A stretch of DNA of 64,000 nucleotides from Desulfatiglandales bacterium (lineage in GTDB: Bacteria > Desulfobacterota > DSM-4660 > Desulfatiglandales > Desulfatiglandaceae), in NCBI GenBank assembly GCA_963666345.1, contig OY762721.1, positions 1,184,001-1,248,000 of the forward strand, read 5' to 3'. The position numbers and the translations under genes were made by a program. This document shows, one piece after another, positions 18,557 to 31,350 of the stretch; within the stretch, counting starts at the first letter, position 1; each line of letters starts with the position of its first letter. Under the pieces are notes generated by a model. That model saw only the letters and a program-made list of their open reading frames with translations, made no database searches and had not been told where the DNA came from.

Positions 18557-21500
18557 TATCGTGATACTCCTGAAGTGTTTTAACTTTCAATTCGCCTCTT
18601 TTCATCGACCTTATTGCCAGAGCAGTAGCCCTTGCTCCCGCCAGTGTCGTGGTATAAGGGATATCGAAGGCAAGGGCCGCCCTTCTTATGGAATACGACT
18701 CCGACACCGTCTTCTTGCTCCCGGTCGTGTTTATTATCAGGTCGATGTCTCCATTTTTGATCATGTCTAGTATGTGGGGTCTGCCCTCCCGGACCTTGTT
18801 CACCCTTTTGTTTGGTATATCACTGTGTTCAAAATACCGGGAAGTACCCTTTGTTGCCGCAATCACAAAACCGATTTCATGCAGAATGGTCGCGATATCA
18901 GCCAGGGCCTTCTTGTCTTTATCCTTCGCGCTTATGAATACGGTACCACCGAGTGGAAGGTGCTGGCCTGCCGCAAGCTGGGATTTGGCAAAGGCAAGCC
19001 CGAAGCTCCTGTCGATGCCCATTACCTCGCCTGTCGATTTCATCTCCGGCCCCAGGATCGTATCCACCCCCGAGAACCTGGAAAAGGGAAACACCGACTC
19101 CTTGACACAGACGTGGGAAGGCATGGAATCCCCGCTCATCTTCTCCTCCTTGAGGCCCAGATCATCCAGCATTTCCCCCAGGATCACTCTTGTCGCCAAT
19201 TTTGCCAGGGAAACGCCGGTAGCCTTGCTTACGAACGGCACCGTGCGCGAGGCCCTCGGGTTGACTTCCAGGATATAGATGACATTATCCTTGACCGCGT
19301 ACTGGATATTCATAAGACCCACCACTGCCAGTTCCTTTGCTATAGCCTTTGTGTGCTCTTTTATCTTTTCGATAATTCCTTCGTTCAGGGATATGGGAGG
19401 AAGGACGCAGGCACTGTCACCGCTGTGTATACCGGCCTCCTCGATATGCTCCATGATGCCGCCTATAAATGTATCAGACCCGTCGGACAGGGCATCCACA
19501 TCTATCTCGGTCGTGTCCTCAAGAAATTTATCTATCAAAACAGGTTTTCCGGGAGAAACCTTAACCGCGCTTTCCATGTAAAACATGAGGTCTTCTTCGT
19601 CATATACGACCTTCATAGCCCGTCCGCCCAGCACAAAGGAAGGCCTCACCACAACCGGGTATCCGATCCCGGAGGCTACCCTGACCGCATCATCCTTGTT
19701 TATGGCGATACCGTTTTCAGGTTGAAGTATATCCAGTTTCTTAAGCAGTAATTGAAACCGCTCCCTGTCCTCGGCCCTGTCAATGCTGTCCGGACTTGTC
19801 CCCAGGATCTTGACGCCCTCCCGGGCAAGGGAGTTTGAGATATTCAGCGGAGTCTGACCTCCAAACTGGACTATTACGCCTTCAGGCCGCTCCTGTTCAA
19901 TTATATTGAGAACGTCTTCCCTTGTTAAGGGTTCAAAATAGAGTTTGTCCGATGTGTCATAGTCCGTACTCACCGTTTCAGGATTGCTGTTTACCATTAT
20001 ACTTTCGACACCGAGTTCCTTCAGGGCGATCGATGCCTGCACGCAACAGTAATCAAACTCTATCCCCTGACCTATCCTGTTGGGGCCCCCTCCCAGTATC
20101 ACCACCTTCTTTCTGTCCGAACGCCTTATCTCATTTTCCTCTTCATAGGTCGAATAATAATAGGGGGTGTATGCTTCGAATTCCGCGGCACAGGTATCTA
20201 CGAGTTTGTAGACGGGGGTTATCCCCTTTGCCACCCTGATATCTCTGACGTCCTTCTCGTCACGACCGGACAGATCGGCGATCTGCCTGTCTGAAAAGCC
20301 ATACTCCTTTACGCGTGCCAGGAAATCCTCATCCCATTGAGACGGGTCCTCATTCCTTTCAAGACGCCTGCACATCTCAACCTCAAGGCCGTATATCTGC
20401 GAAATGTTATAGATAAACCAGGGGTCTATTGAAGTCAGGCCGCATATCTTTTCGATGCTCATCCCCGCCCTCAGTGCCTCTATTATATAAAACAGACGCT
20501 CCGAATTGGGTTTGATAAGCCTGTTTTCAATCTCCTCCCGGTCGGCGTACTCATGTCTCTTGCCGGGCATATCGGCTCCGAGGCCGAATCTGCCTGTCTC
20601 AAGGGATCTTACCGCCTTTTGAAGGGCTTCCTTGAAGGTCCTTCCGATTGCCATGGTCTCGCCCACCGATTTCATCGAAGTGGACAGGAGGTCTTCGGCT
20701 CCGGGGAACTTTTCAAATGTCCATCTGGGCACCTTGACGACACAGTAATCTATAGCAGGTTCAAAAGAGGCGCGGGTCTTTTTGGTGATATCGTTTGCTA
20801 TCTCATCCAGTGTGTAACCGACGGCAAGTTTGGCCGCGATCTTGGCTATGGGAAATCCCGTTGCCTTCGATGCCAGGGCGGAACTTCTCGACACCCTTGG
20901 ATTCATCTCTATTACCACCATTTCGCCTGTCCCGGGATGGATGGCGAACTGCACGTTGGATCCTCCGGTTTCGACTCCGATCTCCCTCATTATGTCTATG
21001 GAGGCATCCCTCATCTGCTGGTATTCCCTGTCCGTAAGGGTTTGAGCGGGAGCGACTGTTATGCTGTCGCCCGTATGAACACCCATGGGATCAAGATTTT
21101 CTATCGAACATATGATCACCACATTGTCCTTGAAATCACGCATTACCTCCAGTTCGTACTCCTTCCAGCCCAGCAGAGATTCCTCCAGGATGATCTCCGA
21201 GATCATGCTGACTTCAAGCCCCGACTTTGCCAGGGACTCCATCTCTTCCCCGTTATAGGCGACTCCGCTTCCCGCCCCCCCGAGCGTGAAGCTCGCCCTT
21301 ATAATAAGAGGATATCCTATCTGTTCGGCCACACTCCTGGCCTCCGCCATATTCCGAGCGATTCCGTTTCTGGGGACCCTGAGGCCTATCCTGTTCATGG
21401 CATCACGAAAAAGTTCCCTGTCCTCCGCCTTCCGTATAACAGGGATGGAGGCGCCTATCATCTCCACGCCAAGCTCATCAAAGATCCCTGTTTCGGCGAC

Positions 21501-21803
21501 CTTCACGGCGGTGTTGAGACCTGTCTGCCCTCCCAGTGTGGGAAGGACCGCATCAGGTCTTTCCCTTTCGACTATCTTGGCGACTATCTCAGGAGTTATC
21601 GGCTCCACGTATGTACGCCGGGCCACTCCGGGATCGGTCATGATGGTGGCGGGATTGCTGTTTACAAGGACCACCTCATAGCCTTCCTGCATCAGTGCCT
21701 TGCACGCCTGGGTTCCGGAATAATCAAACTCGCACGCCTGGCCGATCACGATCGGACCGGAACCTATTATAAGGATCTTATTTATGTCTTTTCTCTTTGG
21801 CAT
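18549..21803 (-). CDS. carB: Carbamoyl-phosphate synthase large subunit
   Basis: [27 protein letters not shown], duplicated ATP-grasp domains, MGS domain; 1084 aa. Confidence 0.99.
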   Translation of the reverse strand: MPKRKDINKILIIGSGPIVIGQACEFDYSGTQACKALMQEGYEVVLVNSNPATIMTDPGVARRTYVEPITPEIVAKIVERERPDAVLPTLGGQTGLNTAVKVAETGIFDELGVEMIGASIPVIRKAEDRELFRDAMNRIGLRVPRNGIARNMAEARSVAEQIGYPLIIRASFTLGGAGSGVAYNGEEMESLAKSGLEVSMISEIILEESLLGWKEYELEVMRDFKDNVVIICSIENLDPMGVHTGDSITVAPAQTLTDREYQQMRDASIDIMREIGVETGGSNVQFAIHPGTGEMVVIEMNPRVSRSSALASKATGFPIAKIAAKLAVGYTLDEIANDITKKTRASFEPAIDYCVVKVPRWTFEKFPGAEDLLSTSMKSVGETMAIGRTFKEALQKAVRSLETGRFGLGADMPGKRHEYADREEIENRLIKPNSERLFYIIEALRAGMSIEKICGLTSIDPWFIYNISQIYGLEVEMCRRLERNEDPSQWDEDFLARVKEYGFSDRQIADLSGRDEKDVRDIRVAKGITPVYKLVDTCAAEFEAYTPYYYSTYEEENEIRRSDRKKVVILGGGPNRIGQGIEFDYCCVQASIALKELGVESIMVNSNPETVSTDYDTSDKLYFEPLTREDVLNIIEQERPEGVIVQFGGQTPLNISNSLAREGVKILGTSPDSIDRAEDRERFQLLLKKLDILQPENGIAINKDDAVRVASGIGYPVVVRPSFVLGGRAMKVVYDEEDLMFYMESAVKVSPGKPVLIDKFLEDTTEIDVDALSDGSDTFIGGIMEHIEEAGIHSGDSACVLPPISLNEGIIEKIKEHTKAIAKELAVVGLMNIQYAVKDNVIYILEVNPRASRTVPFVSKATGVSLAKLATRVILGEMLDDLGLKEEKMSGDSMPSHVCVKESVFPFSRFSGVDTILGPEMKSTGEVMGIDRSFGLAFAKSQLAAGQHLPLGGTVFISAKDKDKKALADIATILHEIGFVIAATKGTSRYFEHSDIPNKRVNKVREGRPHILDMIKNGDIDLIINTTGSKKTVSESYSIRRAALAFDIPYTTTLAGARATALAIRSMKRGELKVKTLQEYHDNV

Positions 21804-21804
21804 C

Positions 21805-22956
21805 TCATAAACTCGGTCGGGAAAGACCGGATTCGGTCTTCATCATGTCAATAAACCTGTCGAAAAGATAATCCGCGTCATGCGGACCCGGGCACGCCTC
21901 AGGGTGGTACTGCACTGAAAAAAGGGGCATCTTCCTGTGCACGAGGCCCTCCAGGGTCCCGTCATTCAGATTTATATGGCTCAACTCGACATCGGCATGC
22001 CTGAGCGATTCAAGGTCCACGCAGAATCCGTGATTCTGAGATGTAATCTCCACCTTTCCGGTTTTCATGTCCTTGACCGGCTGATTTCCACCCCTGTGAC
22101 CGAATTTCAATTTGAAGGTCTTCCCTCCCAGGGCAAGACCTATCAGCTGATGTCCCAGGCAGATACCGAAGATCGGCCTCCTGGACATCTGAGCCTTTAC
22201 CGTGTCCACCCCGTAGGTCACGGCTGAAGGATCACCCGGGCCGTTACTGAGAAAAAGTCCGTCCGGATCGAGCCTGTCAATGGTCTTAGAATCGGTGTCG
22301 GCGGGAACGACAAGCACGTTGCATCCTCTCTTTACAAGGGATCTCAGTATGTTCCATTTGGCGCCGAAGTCGATCGCTATGACACGCAAACGCCCGCTGT
22401 CCGGCCACTCAAAGACGTCCAGCCCCCCTGCGGGCCTTGTCCGCTCTTCATCCGTCCAGATCGCAGGCTCCCTGCAGGTTACCTCCCGCACAAGATCCCT
22501 TCCGACCATATCGGGCGCGTTCCTTGCCGTCCGCACAAGCACCTGAGTATCCGTTTCCTCGGTTGAAAGGGCAGCCTTCATTGCACCTTCAAGCCTTATG
22601 TGTCTTGTCAGTGCCCGCGTATCAATACCTTCTATCCCCGGAACGCCTGATTCCATAAGGTAATCGGCGAGGCTTTTCCCGGACCTCCAGTTGCTGGGGA
22701 ACCTCTGGTATTCCTTGATGAGAAGGGCGGAGGCCTGGATCCTGTCGGATTCTATGTCATCCTCATTTGTACCGTAATTACCTATCAGTGGATAGGTCAT
22801 CGTGACCATCTGCCCGCAGTATGAGGGGTCGGTCAGGATCTCCTGATAGCCGGACATGCTGGTATTGAACACCACCTCACCCGTGGTACTGCAGGGGCCG
22901 GTAAAGGACCGTCCGGTAAATATCCTTCCATCCTCCAGTGCCAGAATTGCTTTCAT
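21805..22956 (-). CDS. carA: Carbamoyl-phosphate synthase small subunit
   Basis: [39 protein letters not shown]. Confidence 0.98.
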   Translation of the reverse strand: MKAILALEDGRIFTGRSFTGPCSTTGEVVFNTSMSGYQEILTDPSYCGQMVTMTYPLIGNYGTNEDDIESDRIQASALLIKEYQRFPSNWRSGKSLADYLMESGVPGIEGIDTRALTRHIRLEGAMKAALSTEETDTQVLVRTARNAPDMVGRDLVREVTCREPAIWTDEERTRPAGGLDVFEWPDSGRLRVIAIDFGAKWNILRSLVKRGCNVLVVPADTDSKTIDRLDPDGLFLSNGPGDPSAVTYGVDTVKAQMSRRPIFGICLGHQLIGLALGGKTFKLKFGHRGGNQPVKDMKTGKVEITSQNHGFCVDLESLRHADVELSHINLNDGTLEGLVHRKMPLFSVQYHPEACPGPHDADYLFDRFIDMMKTESGLSRPSL

Positions 22957-22978
22957 CGCAGTCTGCTCCAAATATCAG

Positions 22979-23761
22979 CTACTCCCATGTTTTTCTTATC
23001 TTGACACCCCTTTTTAAAAGGCTCTCCTTTATATCCCTTATACTGTAGGTGCCGTAATGGACGATGGATGCCACAAGCGCGGCATCGGCCTTGCCCGATT
23101 TGAAGGAATCATACATGTGGTCAAGACTCCCCGCTCCCCCGGAGGCGATAACGGGAATCCCGACGTTTTCAGAAATAAGAGAGGTAAGCCTCAGCTCGTA
23201 ACCCTGCCTGGTGCCGTCCGCGTCTATGGAATTAAGGCATATCTCCCCTGCCCCGAGTTCTTCTCCCTTCAGGGCCCATGAAAGTGCGTCAAGACCCGTA
23301 CAGGTCCTGCCGCCATGTATGACGATTTCGTATCCGGAAGGAATCGATTCCGAGGGTGTAATCCTTTTTACATCCATTCCGAGCACGATGCACTGGCTTC
23401 CGAACGCGGCGGCCCCATCTGAAATCAGCCCCGGATTTTTTACCGCCTCGCTGTTGATGCTGACCTTCTCTGCACCCGCTAAAAGAACGTTTCTCATATC
23501 TTCCACAGACCTTATACCGCCGCCCACGGAAAAGGGTATGAATATTTCTCCCGCCACCCGTCTAACCACGTCTATCATTATATCCCGCCGGTCACTTGAC
23601 GCGGTGATATCGTAAAAGACTATCTCATCGGCTCCCTGCTCATAGTAATACCTTGCCATCTCGACCGGATCGCCGATATCTATATTTTCCCTGAATTTTA
23701 TACCCTTTGTGGTTTTACCCTCCCTTACGTCCAGGCAGGGTATAATTCGCTTACTAAGCAT
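22979..23761 (-). CDS. hisF: Imidazole glycerol phosphate synthase cyclase subunit
   Basis: [41 protein letters not shown]. Confidence 0.97.
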   Translation of the reverse strand: MLSKRIIPCLDVREGKTTKGIKFRENIDIGDPVEMARYYYEQGADEIVFYDITASSDRRDIMIDVVRRVAGEIFIPFSVGGGIRSVEDMRNVLLAGAEKVSINSEAVKNPGLISDGAAAFGSQCIVLGMDVKRITPSESIPSGYEIVIHGGRTCTGLDALSWALKGEELGAGEICLNSIDADGTRQGYELRLTSLISENVGIPVIASGGAGSLDHMYDSFKSGKADAALVASIVHYGTYSIRDIKESLLKRGVKIRKTWE

Positions 23762-24389
23762 AGGCTCCATCCCATGCGCAGAAATTCCTTAATATTCTCA
23801 ATCCGGGCCAGGCGCTCTTTTCCGGATGAAACTGCGTCGCTATAAGATTCTTTCTCCCTATTACGGAGGGAAATTCGATCCCGTATTCGCTCCGGCCTAT
23901 TATATGCCTTTCCAGTGCCGGCATGGGGTAATAGGAATGCACAAAGTAAAATTCATCATCCCGGCCTATCCCATCAAGAACAGGATGCGTTCCATTGTGC
24001 CGAACCCCGTTCCACCCCATGTGCGGAATCTTGAGACGTTCCCCACCCTTTTCGTATAAGGGCGATTCAAAACGACGGACCCTGCCCTTAATGAGTCCAA
24101 TGCAGGTCGTATCGTTTTCCTCACTCATTTCCATAATTATCTGGGCCCCGAGACAAATCCCCATAAGGGGGATCCCCGATTCGAAGACATCCCTCAGCAC
24201 CCTGTTCACACCTGAACCTTCAAGGTCATCCATTGCGCTGCCGGCGGCTCCCACGCCCGGGAATATGACCCGTTCGGATTCAAGGATTTCTTCTCTTTCA
24301 TTTGTTATCCTGCATGGAAATCCAAGGCCTTTTAAGGCCCTCTCAACGCTTTTGAGATTCCCCGCCTTGTAGTCTATAATGGCTATCAT
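23754..24389 (-). CDS. hisH: Imidazole glycerol phosphate synthase glutaminase subunit
   Basis: IDY.AGNL.SV, FPGVG, GICLG, PHMGWN, YFVHSY, QFHPEKS. Confidence 0.97.
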   Translation of the reverse strand: MIAIIDYKAGNLKSVERALKGLGFPCRITNEREEILESERVIFPGVGAAGSAMDDLEGSGVNRVLRDVFESGIPLMGICLGAQIIMEMSEENDTTCIGLIKGRVRRFESPLYEKGGERLKIPHMGWNGVRHNGTHPVLDGIGRDDEFYFVHSYYPMPALERHIIGRSEYGIEFPSVIGRKNLIATQFHPEKSAWPGLRILRNFCAWDGAYA

Positions 24390-24543
24390 TTAAGATCCAT
24401 AAAGATAGTGAGACAGTATCTCCCCTGAGGATACAGGTTACTTATAAGATTCAGGATTTTCAAGAATTTGCTTAATCAAATTGATCAGGAAATCCCTCGA
24501 GTAATTCTAGCTGATAATCCCGGAACTCAATTTCAAGTAAATA

Positions 24544-24560
24544 TGCAAGTGTAGTGCCAA
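24544..24560 (-). promoter_or_regulatory. Sigma54 (-24/-12) promoter for hisH-hisF-carA-carB-purF
   Basis: Minus strand TTGGCACTACACTTGCA matches the consensus TGGCAC-N5-TTGC, about 155 bp upstream of hisH. Confidence 0.8.
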
Positions 24561-24636
24561 TCCATTTATAAAGATCGATTCCAAAGACAATCAATAAGTT
24601 AGGATCTTTCCTTCTGATTTTCAGGCAAGAACTGCA

Positions 24637-24647
24637 ACAATTTTGTA
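24637..24647. promoter_or_regulatory. Candidate enhancer-binding-protein site ACAATTTTGTA
   Basis: The identical 11-mer also occurs twice upstream of the glnA sigma54 promoter (39825, 39856). Confidence 0.5.
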
Positions 24648-24767
24648 TGTATTAACGTTTATAATAATAAAGGTATTTTTGTCCAGAAAATCCGGGCGCT
24701 GCACTTTGATCAAACACCCGGTCGCCTGAGCGTACCGGCTGCAAGCAGGCAAAAAAGTAAAGCAGGG

Positions 24768-25158
24768 GCAGCGTTATTTGTTATAGGTTATTCGGAAAAA
24801 CCGTAAAAACACACATGCCCGCTTCCATATACCCTCATCAGTTAACGCACAAGCGCAGGTGCCGGAACTGCTTTTTCCGGCCTTATCTCACAAAAAAATA
24901 CCACAGGAAGTCCCGGTGGCCGGATACCGGGCTTTCTTTCACGGTGCCCTGTCAGCTAATGTAACGCCCGCAAAAGCCCTTGGATACGGCCACTTTTCCG
25001 TCAAGTATAGAGAAGGACGGAAAAAGGAGTGCCGGCGCCGGAGCGGAAGCCATGCAGACGTGCAGTGTTATTTGTTATCGGTTATTCGGAAAAACCGTAA
25101 AAACACACATGCCCGGTTCCTTATGCCTCTATCTGCTAACGCATAAGCGGAGGCGCCG
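24768..25158. repeat. Pair of ~97-bp direct repeats (24768-24864 and 25062-25158) bracketing a TIR element
   Basis: Both contain GTTATTTGTTAT.GGTTATTCGGAAAAACCGTAAAAACACACATGCCCG...AACGCA.AAGCG.AGG.GCCG; offset 294 bp. Confidence 0.9.
24846..25045. mobile_element. ~200-bp MITE-like element with long imperfect terminal inverted repeats, copy 1
   Basis: Highly similar to 39943-40141, including an identical core TGTCAGCTAATGTAACGCCCGCAAAAGCCCTTGGATACGGCCACTTTTCCGTCAAGTATAGAGAAGG. Ends GCCGG..TTTTTCCGGCCTT / AAGG.CGG.AAA..AGTGCCGG are inverted. Confidence 0.7.
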
Positions 25159-25286
25159 TAGCGTTTACCGGTTAAACTGCCGAATGTGTCTTTTTAAAAC
25201 CGATCGCATAAACACATAAAAGTATTGACAATGGGCCTTGATCACGAATATTTAATCAGGGATAAGTTACACTATTATTAACTTAA

Positions 25287-25843
<557 letters not shown>

Positions 25844-25886
25844 ATAAACCCCTTGTTTGATTGATGGATAGACGATATCTACGTAA

Positions 25887-28481
25887 TTGTATAATGCCAC
25901 CGACATAGCGGAAAAATTCATAGAATCAAGAGCTGAGCTCTTTTATAAGGGGCTTAAAGAATATACCGGTTTGACCCTGGCCCGCAAATACACTCACCTC
26001 ATGGACCGCTTTGTCAGTGCCCTTTTCTCCTTTCAGGGGCGGAAAAGATCCTCTAAAAAATCAGGAACAGACGTTTTTGCCCTGCTGGCCTTAGGCAGTT
26101 ACGGCAGACGGGAGCTGTGCCTTAACTCCGATGTGGATCTTATGATAGTTCACCAGGGCAGGCTCGGCAGTGAAATGGAAAGGGTTATCTCATCCACCCT
26201 TTACCCTCTCTGGGACTCAAAGATTGAAGTAGGTCATTCCATCGTCTCCGTGCAGGAATGCATCCACCTTGCCTTTCAGGATTTCAGGGTCCTGACCTCT
26301 TTGATGGACTGCCGATTTATCCTGGGATCCGGATCTTTTTTCAGGCTTTTTGAAGAGGCCCTTTACTCCAGGATATCCCGTGAAGGTAAAAAAATCCTGA
26401 CTCAGTTTCTAATCCTCCAGCAGGATCGCGCCGACAGATCAAACAGGGAAGGAGCCTTCCTGGAACCTGACATAAAGGAAGGCCTGGGCGGTCTCAGGGA
26501 CCTTCACACCATGACCTGGATGTCCAGGGCGTTTTTCAAATGCAAAAAGATCAGCCAGATGAAAAAATATGAGGCCTTTGCTCATTTCGAATTCAACAGA
26601 CTCTCCCGCTCCAGGGGCTTTCTCATAAGGCTGAGAAACCACCTTCATGCTCTTACCAAAAGAAAAGAAGACCACCTTCTTTTACCCTTTCAGCAGAAAA
26701 TCCCGCTTCTTCTTGGCTATAAAGACCGTTCCGGCATAAGTGCTGAAGAAAGTTTCATGAAGGAGCTCTACCTTCACATGAACCGTATAAGGTACGGATA
26801 TGAGCAGTTTCAGGTAAAAACCCTGGATATAATCTCTCCCTTCCCTCCATCACGACATAAAGGTCTTATACCATCTGAGGAATTTGAAATCATAAAGGGC
26901 AACCTTGTACTCGCCAAAGGAAGCCTGAAAGAAAAGGACCCGGGGGTGATACTAAGGGCACTTAACGAGGCGGACAGGCTCGGCCTCTATCTTGGATCCG
27001 GCTTCATCTGGGAGGCTGAAAAAATCCTGTCCCAAAGGGGAAAGGAGTTGAAATCATCCAAAGAGATGGGGGCACTTTTCCTTGGTTTCATGCTGAGACC
27101 TCCGGATTTCGATCTATTAAGGCTTTCTCTGGAAATCGGACTGATCAGCCTTTTCATACCTGAATTCAAGAAAATCAGGAATCTTCCACAGTTCGGTGTC
27201 TATCATGTTGAAACGGTTGATCTACACTCACTCAGGACCCTTCACATACTCAAGAAGATATCCCTGAGTGACGGCAAATGGCCCCAATTGAAACAGATCT
27301 TTGACAGCCTCAAAGACCCTGAACAGCTCTTTCTTGCCTGCGTCCTTCATGATATCGGCAAGGGATACGGATCGGATCATTGCCAAAAGGGGTCTGAACT
27401 GATCGCAAGAATCCTGAAAAGATTCAAAATAGGAGACAGGACAATTGAAACGGTAAAGTTTCTGGTCCTTAATCATGTCTTTCTCGCCCACATATCTCAA
27501 AGGAGGGATCTGAACGATGAAAAGACGGCCGTAAACGTGGCACAGACCGCAGGGGATAAAGACACCCTGGCGATGCTCCTTCTCCTGACTGTGGCGGACA
27601 GCTTTGCCACAGGGCCGCTCGCCAGAAGCGACTGGAAGATTCTTCTGATGATCGAACTCTACCGCAAGGCGGAAAACATACTTGAAAAGGGGATGTTGGC
27701 CTCCCCTGATGCCACGAAAAAGATACGGCAAAAAAGGGCATCCGCCCTTGAAACGGTAAAGGATCTCTTTCCCGCAAAGGAGATCTCAAAGCTCATGGAA
27801 GGCATTCCCGCCGGATATCTTCTCAACACCGATCCGGGAGATATTGAAGATCATTTAATGATGGCCCTGGACATGGGTAAAGATATCCATAAATGGCGGT
27901 TCAAAAAGATTGAAGACACCGGGATAACTCGAATCCTTCAGTGCATCAGGGACAGGCCCGGTTTCTTCAGCAAGATGGTAGGGGTCCTAACTCTTCACAA
28001 CATAAAGGTCATCACCTCTCAGATATATACCCTTAAAAACGGCCTTGCCTTTGACATCTACGAGGTCACTGACCCCTCCGATCCGGTTTACAATGAGGAA
28101 AAATGGCGCAGGATACGTGAGCAGATCATCCTGGCATTGGAAGAAGACCTGCCCCTGGACGAGATGATAAAAAGGAAGGGAAAGATGACCCTCTCAAAAG
28201 AGGGCTACAGCAGAAAAAAGGGCAAAAGGGTAACTGTGAGCAACCGCATATCGGATTTTTTCACCATAATAGAGGTATGGGCGGAACCGAGGCTGGGCCT
28301 TTTGTATGAATTGGGGAAAAGCATTTCATACCTTGGCCTTGATATAAGATTTGCAAGGTTCAACAGCGACGAAGAGCAGGTGACAGGGGTGTTCTATGTC
28401 AGGGACCGCTACGGCCAGAAGATAGAGGAGAGGGAAAAACTGCATCGGATAAGGGAGGATATAGGATCTCTCATCGCATAG
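25887..28481 (+). CDS. glnD: [Protein-PII] uridylyltransferase/uridylyl-removing enzyme
   Basis: GSYGR.EL...SDVDL NTase, EPDIKEG.GGLRD, HD domain LHDIGKG, two C-terminal ACT domains; follows glnB. Confidence 0.93.
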   Translation: MYNATDIAEKFIESRAELFYKGLKEYTGLTLARKYTHLMDRFVSALFSFQGRKRSSKKSGTDVFALLALGSYGRRELCLNSDVDLMIVHQGRLGSEMERVISSTLYPLWDSKIEVGHSIVSVQECIHLAFQDFRVLTSLMDCRFILGSGSFFRLFEEALYSRISREGKKILTQFLILQQDRADRSNREGAFLEPDIKEGLGGLRDLHTMTWMSRAFFKCKKISQMKKYEAFAHFEFNRLSRSRGFLIRLRNHLHALTKRKEDHLLLPFQQKIPLLLGYKDRSGISAEESFMKELYLHMNRIRYGYEQFQVKTLDIISPFPPSRHKGLIPSEEFEIIKGNLVLAKGSLKEKDPGVILRALNEADRLGLYLGSGFIWEAEKILSQRGKELKSSKEMGALFLGFMLRPPDFDLLRLSLEIGLISLFIPEFKKIRNLPQFGVYHVETVDLHSLRTLHILKKISLSDGKWPQLKQIFDSLKDPEQLFLACVLHDIGKGYGSDHCQKGSELIARILKRFKIGDRTIETVKFLVLNHVFLAHISQRRDLNDEKTAVNVAQTAGDKDTLAMLLLLTVADSFATGPLARSDWKILLMIELYRKAENILEKGMLASPDATKKIRQKRASALETVKDLFPAKEISKLMEGIPAGYLLNTDPGDIEDHLMMALDMGKDIHKWRFKKIEDTGITRILQCIRDRPGFFSKMVGVLTLHNIKVITSQIYTLKNGLAFDIYEVTDPSDPVYNEEKWRRIREQIILALEEDLPLDEMIKRKGKMTLSKEGYSRKKGKRVTVSNRISDFFTIIEVWAEPRLGLLYELGKSISYLGLDIRFARFNSDEEQVTGVFYVRDRYGQKIEEREKLHRIREDIGSLIA

Positions 28482-28587
28482 TATCGCCCTGATTCCCCAT
28501 CAAGACGCCATCTTGCCGGTGCGCCGGCACAACTCAAAGTCTCAAATCATTGCTGAATTTACACCAACCAGACGGAACAATTAGATA

Positions 28588-31233
28588 TCAGGCCTTACCC
28601 CATTCTTCAAGCCCGTCCTTTTCATCCGCGGTCGTTCCTTTGGGCCTTACCTTGCGGTAGACATCCAGGGGATCTCTTCTCTCCCCATTGACTTTAAGCA
28701 GATCATCCTCTATGGAAATTCCGAAGTATCTTTCATTTTCTTCAAGATAAGGAAGAATCAGATCCCAGTCCTTTTCTTCAAGACGCACTATCTCACCGCC
28801 GTTTAATTGCTGATCCTCGATAAGGGCGTAAGGATCTCTGACATAGACCGCACCGCCCGAGGCAAGAGAAAAGAGGTTTGAACCGGGATAGGGAGTCGCC
28901 TGGGCCTTCACCTTTCCCTCATCCTCAAACTCGACACCGTTAAGCACGACAAAACCTCCCCCCTTGAGCGGATCACCCGCCATGAAGGACTCACCAAGAT
29001 AGTCGAGGCAGGTCCCGTTTATCACCACTCTGGGGCTGCCGACCGCGTTTATCAGGGGCCGGCCCGCGGCGTTTCCCATGACGTAGACCTCTCCGCCTTT
29101 GGCCCCGTACATGAATGTCTGGCCGATGTCCCCATGTATAACCATTTTCCCCGATTTCATTACCTGCCCCAGCTGGTCCTGGGCATTTCCATGGACATGT
29201 ATGGAAAGCCCGTCTATGCCGCTTCCCATATAATCCCCGGAGCTTCCGTATATATCTATCCTGACCCCTCCCGAGTCACTGCCCAGGCCGCAGCCGTGGA
29301 ACCGCTGCCCCTTGAGGCCGAAGACTATAAACCTGCGCCACCCCCTGAAAAAGGCCTCCGCAAGAAGCCTGCTGTCACAATTATTTCCTTCGGGCGGGAA
29401 AAGTGAGGCATCTATCACAAGGACCTTTTCATCATATGCGGGCCCCCTGAAAAACTGCCGCATCTCCCAGTCTACAAGCCTGTAAGAACCGGCCGAGTCT
29501 TCTCTTTGAAGAGAAGGAAAATGCCTGAATATGGTCTCAAGGGTCTGGTTTATCATCTGGAGGATGGAGCGTCTCTTCTTGTCGTATGTGGGATATCGCC
29601 TGTCGATAAGTTTCGTGAGAGCACTTAAGGCCACCTCCAGATGGGCATCATCCTTAAGTGCCCATGCCCTGACCTCCTTGAGGCAGTCCATGAGATCCGC
29701 GTAGTCCCAGTCCCTCATCCCCTCTCTTATGTAATCGAAAAGAGCATCGGGTCTCTGTAGTTCGAAAAAGCCGGACACCTCGAAACGATCCCTCGACTCA
29801 TCATCCATGAGATAATAGACCCTGCCCGGCAGATACGGAGACTGGTTCTCAGGCACGGTGATCCGTCTTCCGAATTTATCGTTACAGCTTAATCGAAGTC
29901 CCTCATTGCCGTAATCCTCGTCATCATCCAGGCTGAATATAAAGGCACCCCCGTCCGTGTAGCTGCCCCCGCGTGCGTTCCAGTATTTGTCCGCAACCGT
30001 CCCGATCCTCGGGTCCTCCTCTGAAAGGCTTTTCAGGGTGGCGTCTATGGCCTGTTTCTCCGAGCAGATAAGGCCGACCTGGACCTGCCCCTCATGGAGG
30101 GCGAAGACCTGAGGCCTCAGCATTGCGGTGTCGGTAATGCCTATGAGCTGAAGCCTGTCTTTTTCCGTGTCGTTTCTCGCAATAATGAAAAACCATGGCC
30201 CGTCAGGCGAGCCATGGACATGCGAGCGCTGGATGGCACGGTAGATTTCCTGTTTATCAGGGTCGAGCAGATCGAAATCCCTTTCCATGGTCGGAGCCAG
30301 GGCCTCTATTACATACTCAAGGGGATAACCGTATGTCCTGCTGTAGAGATCAAACAGCTGGGCAGACACCTCGGTGTCTGTCAGAAACTGAGGGTATATA
30401 TTCCTCAGGCTCAAATATTGCGCCACGGAATGATAATTCGCGAAATCCCCGTTATGGACAAGCGCCTCATTGACACCTATGAATGGATGGGCCCCTGCAG
30501 GATGCCATACCCTTCCTTTGGTGGGATACCTCTGATGGGCTATCCATATATGCGCCTTGAAATTATCCAGTTTATAGTATTGGACAACCTGCTCCGCGTA
30601 ACCTACTATCTTGAGTATGAAAAAATTACGGCCGTGGGAAAGGACAAACGCCCTCTGCTGTCCATAGGCGTCATAGAAGGTCTTGTTTATCATGAAGCTG
30701 TTCTGATAGACGAATTCATCCTCCGCCTGTCTGTCTGAAAGTCCTTTTAGACCTTTTTCCTCCATGAACCCCTGCAGCACCTCAGGTCTTACCCTTACAA
30801 AATAGCGCTGGACCTCGGGAGGTCTTACGTCCAGCCCCTTGATATCCCTGTAATCATCAACGTGAGGCAGGCGTTCTGACAACGCCACCGTGAAAAAAGG
30901 CTCTATGAAACGGACCTCTATTTCAGGCAGCACTTCCTCTTCCAGGATGGCTATCTGAAGGATATAGTCATCCCTGAGCGTCCGCCTAGACACCCCCAGC
31001 ATCCTGTGGTCAAAACCCATGGCCGCTATTCCGCCTCCGCGACCGTTGCCCCGGTTGTGCATCTGTCTTGAGGGTTCATAGATATGCTTGCCCCTTACGG
31101 GGATAGAGCACGCAAAACCTGTTACACCGCATCCTCCCTCGGCCTCCGTCTCATAGGAGGCCCTGACAGGATAGCCCTCGGTCATCGATTCCCTGGAAAG
31201 CACGACTTTTCTTATTATGTCCTCTCTGTTCAT
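28588..31233 (-). CDS. Split-type glutamate synthase subunit: class II glutamine amidotransferase fused to a GXGXG beta-helix domain
   Basis: AEGGCGV nucleophile, MHNRGN, AHQRYPT, AHPF, VHNGD, TDTEV; C-terminal GSSGDY.GSG, GNAQDQ, FMYGAKGG, LGESFMAG repeats. Confidence 0.85.
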   Translation of the reverse strand: MNREDIIRKVVLSRESMTEGYPVRASYETEAEGGCGVTGFACSIPVRGKHIYEPSRQMHNRGNGRGGGIAAMGFDHRMLGVSRRTLRDDYILQIAILEEEVLPEIEVRFIEPFFTVALSERLPHVDDYRDIKGLDVRPPEVQRYFVRVRPEVLQGFMEEKGLKGLSDRQAEDEFVYQNSFMINKTFYDAYGQQRAFVLSHGRNFFILKIVGYAEQVVQYYKLDNFKAHIWIAHQRYPTKGRVWHPAGAHPFIGVNEALVHNGDFANYHSVAQYLSLRNIYPQFLTDTEVSAQLFDLYSRTYGYPLEYVIEALAPTMERDFDLLDPDKQEIYRAIQRSHVHGSPDGPWFFIIARNDTEKDRLQLIGITDTAMLRPQVFALHEGQVQVGLICSEKQAIDATLKSLSEEDPRIGTVADKYWNARGGSYTDGGAFIFSLDDDEDYGNEGLRLSCNDKFGRRITVPENQSPYLPGRVYYLMDDESRDRFEVSGFFELQRPDALFDYIREGMRDWDYADLMDCLKEVRAWALKDDAHLEVALSALTKLIDRRYPTYDKKRRSILQMINQTLETIFRHFPSLQREDSAGSYRLVDWEMRQFFRGPAYDEKVLVIDASLFPPEGNNCDSRLLAEAFFRGWRRFIVFGLKGQRFHGCGLGSDSGGVRIDIYGSSGDYMGSGIDGLSIHVHGNAQDQLGQVMKSGKMVIHGDIGQTFMYGAKGGEVYVMGNAAGRPLINAVGSPRVVINGTCLDYLGESFMAGDPLKGGGFVVLNGVEFEDEGKVKAQATPYPGSNLFSLASGGAVYVRDPYALIEDQQLNGGEIVRLEEKDWDLILPYLEENERYFGISIEDDLLKVNGERRDPLDVYRKVRPKGTTADEKDGLEEWGKA

Positions 31234-31350
31234 TGGAAAACCTGTATGGTTCTTCTCCCGATTAGTTGGTGTTAAACAGGGCTAAATAAAGAAATCCTTC
31301 TTATTTAAGCGGCTGAGTGCTCGTAGGATTCTTCGCCCTCGCTTAGCTCA

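Noticed and set aside
20553..21854. 433-aa plus-strand ORF (also 18774-19751)
   Set aside because: Antisense shadows of carB with no recognisable motifs.
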